From assembly GCF_046119375.1 (NCBI RefSeq), contig NW_027362767.1, positions 51,584,001 to 51,648,000 on the forward strand: a DNA stretch of 64,000 nt, written 5' to 3'. The notes below the pieces were generated by a model. The model saw nothing but the letters and a program-made list of their open reading frames with translations, did not search any database and had not been told where the DNA came from. The translations under genes and the position numbers were made by a program. Of the stretch, positions 11,864 to 23,800 are shown piece after piece (the stretch's first letter is position 1; every line of letters starts with the position of its first letter). This stretch comes from Phyllobates terribilis. Taxonomy: Eukaryota.

Positions 11864-14800
11864 TTACACTCTGGTGCTTTGCAGGTATTTATCGAGGAAC
11901 ATGGAGTAGCAGGTGAGGGAACAGAAGTAGCAGATGATGGGGGCCTCAGTGCCCCCCATGGAGTCCACAAGGACGACCGTCTGAGACACCTGGTGCAGAT
12001 TCATTACAACAATCGTCTGGATGAAAGACGACAAGCAGGGCCCCCCACAGTCACACGTCTTGGCCACCGACAGATCTTGGCAGAGGTGCTTGGGGATCAC
12101 TTGTGGTCCGTATGGGATTCTAGATAAAAGGGATAAAAAAAAAAAAACCACAATATTAGAGATTTAAAAAACAAACACCTCACCCCATCCCCATTTCTTT
12201 TACCTCAGTGTTTTGTACATTTGATTATGTGGTCACGCCTCGGGCACAGTCAACGCCACAAGAAAATACTGAGCAGTAATCATAACCTTCAGGTTTCACA
12301 ACAGCTGAGAATTAGGTCAGCGACACAAGTGTGGAATAGAAAAGAGGTCAAGGAACGCTCAACCTCATTATTAGGAAGAAAAAAATAACTAATTATATGC
12401 ATCTCACTCAGGAGCTACATGACATGTAATGGCAGCCATCGTGACCCAGCTTTCTGAGGAGCAGATTTACACTAAGGATAAAACTTACTATTGTCCATTA
12501 CTCATCCATATAATAGTAGAAAATAAAAAACAACCCACTGGGGGTCTTATTACTCTGGAGCCCAGAGTTCCTCCCATTTCTCCTTAAGGCACGACTGCAG
12601 GGATGGACAGTTTTCACTGGAGCGGCAGGTAAACTTTTAACACACTACATGGACAAAAGTATCGGGACACACAGCTTAACCATCACTCAACGCCGAGCGT
12701 CGGATGGGGTGGTGTAAAGCCGCCAGCACCGGATTCTGGAGGAGATGTGTTCTGTGTAGTGACGGATCACACTTCTATGATGGAGGGGTCTGGGTTTGGT
12801 GATTCCAGGAGGACGTTACCCCCTGACTGCATTGTGCCCCCTGTACAGATGGTGGAGGAGGATAATGCTATGGGCCCTTAGTTCCAGTGAAATCTTAGTC
12901 TTTAGCACAAGACATTGTGGACAAATTGTAGCTATAGCTTTGTGGGAACAGTTTGGGGAAGGCTCTTTTCTGTTCCCCATGACTGTGCCCAGCGCACAAG
13001 CTCCATACAGACATGGAGGGGAGAACATGACCCGGAGTCCTGACCTCAGCCCCATCCAACACCTTTGAGATGAAGTAATTAGAGATTGTGAGCCCGACCT
13101 GTCCCCAACATCAGGGACTGACCTCACAAAGACTCTTCTGGATGAAGGGGCAAAACTTCTTACAGACACCTCCAAAATCTTGCAGAAAGACTTCACAGAA
13201 GAGAGAATATTCCCATCTATGAATCATTCAAGTGTCTAACATTTCATACAAGTCTCCAGCGCACACAAGCCCGGAGGTCACACACGTGGGTCTTTGCTGT
13301 CATTCCCCCCAGGATAAATGCCACGAGACCCCTCATTCTGAGGAGGAGGCCAAGGACTGATGTAAAAGTCTCTATGTAAGCACGTAATGGCGTCCTGGCC
13401 GCTGGAAACAATTATCTACATAGGGGGCTTCTTTGCGCCATAACAATACACGATCCACTGTAACAAAAGGATCTAGAATGGGTGAGAAAACCCATCCAGG
13501 GCGTCAGTGGGTGCTAGAGAAATCATGTGAAAGATGGACCCCCAGAAATAAGTGCAGATGGATCACCTGCGCCACCACAGGTATAAGGCACTCAGGGGTG
13601 GTCACTAGTTTCTGGCTAAGTGACTACCTGGACCCAGAGCCCTGATGGCACACAGGCCAAAAAAAAACAAGACCGACCCAGATACACTGTGACACTCAGT
13701 AACAGGCCATCAGCTCCGGTCATACCTTTATCATTTTCTTAAGACACAGAGTCTCATCTCTAGGAGGTAAAAAGAACTAAAAACAAACCTTTTGGCATTA
13801 CATTTTGAGACTGTGTATTGACACCCTAACCCTAGAACAAAGGAGCCAGGAGCCATGTCGGCGCTCTTCTGCTTGGCTTTCCCTTTCTAGGACTCTGCTT
13901 GTGCCGCTTTCCAAGAAACGAGGAACAAAACCTAAATGAAGGCAGAGAGCAGAGTATTGAGTGCAGCTCCTATAGCAGGGGACGGGAGCGGCACAGCAGA
14001 AGCTTCTGTACTCTGTGCCGGTGTCAGGGAGGACAGGGCTTCTGAAGTTACCACGTTCTCTGTCTTCAGTGGAATAATGGGAAAGGTGAACCCTGAAAGG
14101 TGATAACGAAGTCATAAGTAACCGCCACATAAAGAGACCTGTGGTTTTAAATGGAACGTGTGCCCTACAGTGAAACATACACAGGAAAAAACCCCACAGC
14201 GTTCCCACAGCACACAGGGTAGTGGAAAATCTCCCCAACAGGACACAGAGGATTTGGGCCGACTGCCTTACATCTACTGCAAAAGGCTATGAAGAATCTG
14301 ACATTTTCTGCAATGAAACCAGAAGAAGATCACAGCCAGACAATTTCTTGTATGGGTTTTTCACAAAACATGGAACCATTACAGTCTATGCGCGTGTTCA
14401 CATTTGTTTCTATGCAGACCAGTTGTCAGTTTTCAAGATGATTTGCAGAACAAACTCGTCCACTCAAGTGAAAGGATCCATGACAAAAACGGGCAGCACA
14501 TGATGACTTTCCTGTCATCCAAGTTCTGGGTTTTTTACTGTTTAATGGGTCAGAAAAGCTTTTTTATTTTTTATTTTTTTTATAGCAGATGGTGAAAAAG
14601 GAAACAGGCCAAAAACAGATCCAAAATTAGATCCAGGGCACGGGTGAAAAGGACCTTTTTTTCCCCCATACATAAAACCCCCAGATGTCTGAATGATGCT
14701 GAAATCATTTGGTTCGGACACAGACGGGACGGGCTCTGCGGGGAGAATACTGACGTTTTTCTGGCTAAAATTAAATTAGAAAAAGAAGCCGATGTCTAGT

Positions 14801-17800
14801 GATGTGAGGAGCAGTCACTGCGGAGGTCTCTCGCCCCTTCTTCTGCAATGAATAGAGAAGACCACTAAATGACAGAAAATCAATCACCCTGGAACCACTG
14901 ACGGAGGGTCCTGGCTCCAGCCCAGCACCTTACATATCAGCCATTTGTAATCCCAGACTGTAGCTCATATGTCGTCTGTAATCCCTTCTCTGATACATGC
15001 CATCACTATGATCAGTGGGGGACGCTCTGCAAATTCCTACATCAGGGTAAAAATAGGTTTAAAGTGGTTCTCCATGACTAGGATATTGATGATTATCAGA
15101 TAAATGGGGCCATCGTCTGGAAGTGCAGAGTCAGAGCCGCTCCATACACTGTGGTGCCCGTTCTTGGTACTGCAGCTCTGCTCCTATTCACTGCAATAGA
15201 AACTGAGCTGCTGCAGCCAAGAGCGACCATGACAGTTACCAAGCGGTGATGTTTCGGCTCCGTAGACTGTGGTGCCAGTTCTTGGTACTGCAGCTCTGCT
15301 CCTATTCACTGCAATAGAAAGTGAGCTGCTGCAGCCAAGAGCGACCATGACAGTTATCGAGCGGTGATGTTTCGGCTCCGTAGACTGTATACTTGCAGTG
15401 AGCAGCATACAGCCGATAAGAGGGGCTGCCGGAGGTCAGAAGGCCCCAATCTGATACTGATGAGGTTATATAATGCAGACAACATACTTGGATTTTAAAG
15501 GGATTGTCCAGGACTACGATGGTTAGGTTACTGAGCATTGTAGTCCTGGCCAATCAAGGTAAAGCCCAAGTATGATTTCTGCATTATATAACCTCACCCA
15601 AACAGGTCTGAGCACGCTGTGATCCAATATATCAGGGGCAATCCTTTTCTCGGAGGATCTTTCTTTGCCCTACTTTCTATAGGCGCTCCACCCCTCTCCC
15701 CAATATCAGGATTGTCCCATGTCACACCACCAAACATTCATGGCACATCCAATGACCACATTTAATGCCCTGCTTAAACTTGTGTTAAAAGTTCTGCCAC
15801 TTTCCATTCTACATTGTGTATTCCTTATCAATTTTAAGATCTTTGTTTGCATGTGAAGACTGGAATCCTGTATGGTCCTAATAAGTTGGATCTGCTTTCA
15901 TTTTAGGGCAGGAGAGGGACTTGTGCAGTGATGTCTGATGGCCTAACCCCAGGATACCTCTGCAGCAAAGTGTCAGCTGTGAGCAGGACCGGAGCAGGTC
16001 CAGAGCCTTTGGTGTATACTCCAGATGAATCTACAGAGGTCCACCCCCAGAAGGCGGCCAAGACTATCCTTTAGGGACACATCCAGTCTTTATGTGTCCT
16101 GCGCTTTTCTATTCAGAGACACAGTAGAAATACTGTATTCCGAGGGGGTATATGTTTTTACAACGGGAACTTATGGGAGACGCATCCATCTCCATGTATA
16201 TAGTGGGATGTGTCAAGTCAAATATTCATCCCAACATATACCTGTGACATAACCTATACAATATTATATGAATATAGCTTAAGCGGAAATGTTTCCATTC
16301 ACTGACAGCAAACAGTTATTCAAGGAAACACATTCCCGTACTTTTCCAGCTATAGAAAATTCAGACGATAGTCAAGAAAGTTTTAACCCCTGCAACACCT
16401 CCAAAGAACCTGCATGTCACACCCTACCTGTAACCAAGCGTCGCCCTTGAAGCGGTTTCCAGTAATGTAAGTGGGAACTTCAGCAGGATGTCGGGAGCCA
16501 TAGGATTCGCTTTCGCAAAGGGATTCCCAAAGAGATCCAGATTCTCCAGCGCCAGCTTTTTGAAGCTGTTGGGAAGATATGGAAGCTTATTTTTGGTGGC
16601 GGAGAAGAAGCGCAGTTTACTCAGCTTGCCAACGGCAAATGGCAACTGCACCAGCTCGTTTCCGTCCAGCTTCAGGTTGACCAGTTCTGTGAAGTTGCAG
16701 AACTGGACGGGGAGAGCCTTCAGCTTGTTTTCACTCAAGTCCAAAGACTTCAGAGACTTCCTCCAGGTGGAGTCGCACAGCTCGACCTCGAACGTCTCTA
16801 GTAAGTTGCGGTGCAGGCTGAGCTCCTGCAGGCACAGCAGGTCCCCGATGGTCTTCGGCAGCTTCTTGATGTGGTTGTTGCTGAGGTCGAGCTTCTGAAG
16901 TCTCTTGAGGCAGAGCATCCGCATGTCCAGACGAGCCAGCTTACAGAAGGAGACCTGGAGATGCTCCAGGGAGTAGGGGAAGCTCTTTGTGAGGGGATAG
17001 TCTTTCTTGCAAGTAATAATCATTCTGGTTCGGGGTTTTTCAATTTCAGAGGTCTTGGCGGGAGTCAGACGGGACAGGAGCACAGGGCTGGCATCGGTGC
17101 CCTTGTGCGCTAAACTCACAGCAGAAAGGAAGTTCTTCAGGTTGCAAACATCGGCCTGAAACAAAGAAAATACATAAATGTTAGTAGGGAAAAACAGAAA
17201 TTAGAGAGTAGATTTTTTACCCCTAGAACTGTGTATTGTAATCTATAGGCGATGTCTGGCATGGCAGCTCGGGCCCACAATGGTGGCTCCGCTAGGGGGC
17301 CTACAGCACTGACTTGTGGTGGGAACGATGGAGGTCATTTCCTGCTGCTCTCCCCAAACTGCAGCATTGAAGTTAAAGGGTGCGCCAGCTTATGAGGTCA
17401 AGTTCAGCCATCCATTTAAATAATAGCCAAAAATGATGGCCATAAATGGATCCATGTGCAGGTGCTGCGCTCGTCTGCTGGACGACATACAAGCGCTGTG
17501 TCATTAGTGCATGCTGCGATTCTCTTGCACTAGCACATGGGCCAGCATTGGTCAGCGAGCAGTCCGTGGGCGGTCAGTTGACTAAAAACATACCTGTCTG
17601 AATGAGGACGAAGTTCAGATGATCCTATACGAGAAACCTCTGCTTTAAAGTCCAGAAAAAAAATAAATCTTCATTTGCAAGGTCCCGTACGCCTGCCATG
17701 TCTCTGCCATCTATATGGCTATTATTAAAGGAGTTGTCCAGTACTTTTTATTTTATCCCCGATGTATTCACCTTGTGCCCATAATTGTTTTTGTAAATAC

Positions 17801-20800
17801 CTTTGGTTGTCCTTCTTGCCTGTGAGCGGCGCTATCGCTGGCCGCTCAGAAACATGACGTGACCCCCAGCGGCAGCAGTCTCAGACATCCGCTGATGTCA
17901 CGTCAAGTTCCGGCTGCAGCGCTCCCCGGTGAGTGATGGGCTGTGGCCGGGGTCTTACTTGACGTGACATCAGTGGAAGAAAGCCGGCTGCAGCCGGGGG
18001 TCACGTGATGCCTGTGAGCGGTCACCGATAGCGCCGCTCACAGGCAAGAAGGACAACCACAGGTATTTACAAAAACACTTTTGGGCACAGGGTAAATACA
18101 TTGGGGAAATAATAAAAAGTACTGGGCATCTTCTTTAACACCTGTTATTCACACCCTCAAAAATAATAAAAAGCCTCAATAAATTTCCTGTCTAGACTTT
18201 GCAAATGATCTCTTAAAGGGAATCTATCATGTCTCCAAACACTATTAACCTGCGCAGGTTAATAGTCTTCCAAAGTGGTGCAGCCGCCGCACTGAAAATG
18301 CAGCTACAGGCAGGAAATAAACTTTATTCCTCCAGGCAGCCTCTGGCTTTCAGTCATAGAGGTGTGACGGTAAGGTGAACTAAATTTTGAGAAAGGGAAA
18401 AAATAAATAAAAAATTCTGCCATTTTGTGTTTCTTTTTTTTTTTTATTCAATAAAACCATTTGGGGGTAAATGTAAGTAATTCATTGTGATGTATTAGTT
18501 ACAAACAATTTTGTCATTTGAGTTTTTTTAATGCTTGCCACTGTATGCTGATTAGCACAGAGCGGTCAGACGGCTGTCTCCGGACCGTGCATGGCGCCTC
18601 CTGTAGGCCTGCAGTCGCCGCTGCATCTGCCTGTATTGACATCTTCCACTCTGCCCGTTGTGTCTCTGCACAGAGCTCGAGTCTACTGCTCATATGCAAG
18701 AGGCTGTGAGGATGACGTAGAAGTCATCCACATCAACCAAGGCGGGAGTGGCGATGATTGTAGGTGCAACGGAGGCACCAAGCACAGTGGCTACTAAATT
18801 GATTGGCGCAGGATAGTTATTAACCCCTTTATCCCCAAGGTGGTTTGCACGTTAATGACCGGGCCAATTTTTACAATTCTGACCACTGTCACTTTATGAG
18901 GTAATTACTCTGGAACGCTTCAACAGATCCCCCTGATTCTGAGATTGTTTTTTCGTGACATATTGTGCTTCGTGATTGTGGTAAAATTTCTTGGATATCA
19001 CTTGCGTTTATTTGTGAAAAAAAAAATGGAAATTTGGCAAAAATTTAGAAAATTTAGCAATTTTCTAAATTTAAATTTTTATGCCCTTAAATCAGAGAGA
19101 TATGTCACACAAAATAGTTAATAAATAACATTTCCCACATGTCTACTTTACATCAGCACAATTTCGGAACCCAATTTTTTTTAATTTTTTTATTATTATT
19201 AGGGAGCTATAAGCGTTAAAAGTTGACCAGCGATTTCTCATTTTTCCAACAAAATTTACAAAACCATTTTTTTTAGGGACCACATCACATTTGAAGTCAC
19301 TTTGAGAGGTCTTTATGACAGAAAATACCCAAAAGTGACACCATTCTAAAAACTGCACCCCTCAAGGTGCTCAAAACCAAATTCAAGAACTTTATTAACC
19401 CTTCAGGTGCTTCACAGGAATTTTTGGAATGTGGAAGAAAAAAATGAACATTTAACTTTTTTCACAAAAATGTTACTTTAGACCCAATTTTTTTTATTTT
19501 CACAGGGGTAACAGGAAAAAATGGACCCCAAAATTTGTTGTGCACCTGGGGGTTCAAGGTGCTCACCACACATCTAGATAAGTTCCCTGAGGGGTCTAGT
19601 TTCCAAAATGGTGTCACTTGTGGGGGGTTTCCAATGTTTAGGCACATCAGGGGCTCCCCAAACGCAACATGGCGTCCGCTAATTATTCAAGCAAATTTTA
19701 CAATCAAAAAGTCAAATGGCGCTCCTTCCCTTCCGAGCCCTACCGTGCGCCCAAACAGTGTTTTTCCCCCACACATGGGGTATCTGCGTGCCCAGGGGAA
19801 ATTGCACGGCAAAGTTCAGAAGAGAAGGAGCACTGTGTAACTTTTTGAGTGCAAAATTGGCTGGAATAGAGAGCGGATGCCATGTTATGTTTGGAGAGCC
19901 CCCTCAAGGATTTTATCAAGGGGTATAGTGAACATTTTAAACCCAGAGGTACGGCACAGAATTTGATAACATTAGGTCATCATATTGAATAAGTTGTCAT
20001 TACTCTTGAGAGCAAGTGCTCGCTACTTGAGTTTGCATCGGGTACTCAGGTATGCACCATGTATCGCGGAAGCTCGAGTGACATGCTCGAGTCCCTGCTC
20101 CGCATGTTTCACGGTTATTAGACACCCCAAAAAAAACATGCAGGGATCGCTCGTGCATGGCAGGCAATCACCACAAGTCTTTTTTGCCCGCGAAGCATAT
20201 GGGGCGGAGACTCGAACATCCGCGATACTCGGTGCATAACCGAGCACCAGATGCAAACTCAAGTAGCGAGCACTTGCGCTCAACACTAGTCGCCATATCG
20301 TCATCTTTTTATTTTTTACTTTTGAAAAACATCCCAACCCTAATACAACCCCAACGTTTATTTTTTACGCTGCTCCTCATGCGGTATAAGTGATTAGAGG
20401 ACTTTATTCTTCGGGTCGGTGTAATTACAGAGATACCAGAATCATATCGGGTTTTTATGACTGACAGCTATCACACACCAAAAGGCGCATTTTTTTTGTC
20501 AAAACTAGTTTTTGCATCGCCATATTTTGAGAGCTATAATTTTTCCATATTTCGGCCCACAGTGATGCGACTGCTTGTTTTTTGAGGGATGACTTGACGT
20601 TGTTATTGGTACCATTTTAAGGCACGTGACATTTTTTGATCGCTTTCTATTCCGATTTTTGGGAGGCAGAATAAACAAAAGACAACAATTCAGGAATTGT
20701 TTTTTTTTTATTCGACTCCGCGTGTGGTAAAATTGATAAGGCAGCTTTATTCTTCGGGTCAGTACGTTTACAGCAGTACCACATTTATATTGTTTTTCTA

Positions 20801-23800
20801 TGTTTTGGCACTTTTACACAATAAAAGCTATTTTATAGAAAAAAATATTTTTTAGCATCGCTTTATTCTGAGAGCTATAACTTTTTTATTTTTTGGCTGA
20901 TGGAGCGATATGGCAGCTTGTTTTTTGCGGGACAAGATAACGTTTTCAGCGGTACCATTTTTATTTATATTCGTCTTTTTGATCGCGTGTTATTCCATTT
21001 TTTGTTTGGCGGTATGATGATAAAGCATTGTTTTTTGCTTCTTTTTTTTTACCGTGTTAAATAAAGGGGTTAACTAGTGGGACAGTTATATAGGTCAGGT
21101 CGTTCCGGACGCGGCAATTCCAAATATGCGTACTTTTATTGTTTTCTTTTTTTTCATAATAATATTTATTGATGAGTACATTATATTTTTATTTTTGGTG
21201 GATTATTTAGTTTTTCATTTTTTAACACTTTTTTTTAAAACTTTTATTCTTTGTCCCACTATTGGACTTTCACTTTTTATATTCTGATCGCCTGTATAGC
21301 ATAGGGATGGAGCACCATCCCTGTGCTATACAGGCGGTCAGCGCTGCAGAAGATACTTTGGTCAAGCGCAGTGCATTACCAAAGTATCTTCCTGCTGTCT
21401 GGTGAACTGGATGTTGTCATGACAATATCGGGTCGTCATGGCAACATCCAGGAAGCGCGGCAGGTAGCGTTAGACGCCAGCAGGAGAGTTGAGTATCGAG
21501 ATCACCTCCCATTGCCCCCGCAATGCTGCGATCAACTTCGATCTCAGCATTGCGGAAGGTAATGTGCCGGGAGCGGTGCGGGACCGCTCCCTGCACTTAG
21601 TACCGGGTGTCAGCTGTGACAATCAGCTGACACCCGTAGGGGATCGCGCCCGCACAACCTGTGTGCGGGCGCAATCGACATGACGTATTAATACATATCT
21701 GGCTCTTAAGTCCCAGGGCGCAGATACGTATTAGTACGTCTTGGGCTTTAAAGGGGTTAAATGAATTTTCCTGGTATGTGGCGCAAAGGAATGCTATTAA
21801 ACAGGGATAAAAGCTGTTACCTCTATTTACGCCCCCCCCCCCGCCTGCTATGTCAAATTATTAGTGCCCCGTGATAAATACACTCACACTTGTACCTTGC
21901 TGAGACATATGTCCACCGCCGGCTCTCTAAGTCGTATTGTGGCCTTTCCTTCACTTACAAATTTGGAAAATAAATTCTCAATGTTCTCCTGCAGCTGTAT
22001 GGGAGAGAAGAGAAGAGCGATTAGTGTCAGAGGCGACATAAAGCAAATACTAAAGCTGCAAAACTGCATTCACCAAGTATATTGACCAGGAGCGATACTG
22101 TAGCAGGGTCACATTGTGCAGCCGATTACAAGTCTTTGACTTTCACAACTTATTTTCTACTTTCAAAGTCTTTGGAAAAATTGATCAGCAGTCATTAATA
22201 ACCTATTAGATGGCTAACAGTCTGATATTCAGTACAACAGTCATCTTCTTGGGAATCCAAACTGCAGATTCGATGTAATATCTTTGCACAGAAGAAAGAA
22301 GATCACAGCGCGCCTCCATAGTGATCACATAGGCTGATCAGGAGATCAGAAGACATTTTACCTGAACCAGATAAAATTCCGTGATTGTGGTGTGCATGCG
22401 CCACCTAGTGGTGAAATCCAGTATACTCGCTATGAATAAATTTTCATTACTTTGACATCTTCAGATTCACTAAATTAATTTTAGAATAGGAATGTTCAGG
22501 CAGTGGACGTGATACTAATTCAGGGTGATTCAGAAAAAGAGTAAAAGTCTGCAGTTAAAGTCACAAAAGAGGGAAATAGCAGTGACTGAAAAAGCAAAGC
22601 AAAACCGGCTTAGTTACCTGTCGCATTTCGATTTTCTGCAGCTATCAGTAAGACATGAGATGGAAACATAAAAGTGAGAAAAAGCTATTTGCGTGTTGCA
22701 ATTTTCAAGTCCAGGATCTGCTGGGACACGTTCAGAATAAATTTGGAAAATGTGTTCCACATAGAAACTGCTTTCTGTGTTGGGTGAAACAATTCACCCA
22801 TTCAGCGTTTGAGTCCGTGGGGCACAAAAACTTCGGAGGAGACCGTGAACAGGATTGGAGCCGTGTAAGAGTGTAGTACTAGAAACTCTGCCAGAATGAC
22901 TAGTGTGGAACTACAGGTGCCACAAACCCCGGGATCAAACAAAGTCTGTGGTCCCTTTTAGCCGAGGATCTGGTCACTTCTACCTGGACATGTTAAAGCA
23001 ATGGCTTATGCCACAGATGAGCTATGCTGGGCAGACCGTCCTCCGTCAGCAGGATTGTGCACTTCCACACCAACATTTGGATTTTCACTGATGACTGAAT
23101 GAAACTATCAGAATGTTGTATCGACAGTACCGTAAAGAGTTCAAGGAGTTTTATTCTCTTATGAATACTGAGGCTATAATAAATGTTCTAAAATTAATTT
23201 AGCAGATCTGCAGCCATATATAATGAAAGTGTAAGGCCAGATGAGACAACACATTAGGAATGGCAATGGACACAGCAGTATTCATGACAGAAGTGCAGGG
23301 GTCAGATGCACTTAATTCATTAAGAGTCGCATGATACAGGGAATCTGTCACCTTTAAAGAGTGTAAATGGGGTTCCTACAACATCCTCATACCCTCAGAG
23401 GTGTCCCTCATACCTCCATATGTCTTCTATCATGATCCGTGCTGCATGTAACTTGCCCTATTTGGTCCGATGGGCGACTGCTTAGCAGAGAGCACAGCGC
23501 GCCTGCGCAGACCTCCCATTCGCCTGCGCAGACCTCCCATTTGCCTGCGCAGACTTGTGACTCTCAGCGGTGTTTACTGGGAATAAGGAGGCGACGATCG
23601 CGGTCCGGAGACACCCATCATACTGGAAGGAGCAATTTACAGTCAGTGTGAGAAAGACAAAGAATTTGTTGGAAGTACGTGGGGCATTTATGAGGATATA
23701 AAGGGGTTGAAGGAATCCCAATTGCACACTTACCAGTGACCGGCATGAGCCTCACCAGCAAAGTTACTGCAGTCAGGACTGGAGTACATTTCTGTAATAA

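Noticed and set aside
16488-17113. Plus-strand ORFs 16488-16898 and 16811-17113
   Set aside because: Antisense shadows of LRR1 exon 3.
23085-23125. CTGATGA...GAAAC as an intact hammerhead
   Set aside because: Stems II and III cannot form.
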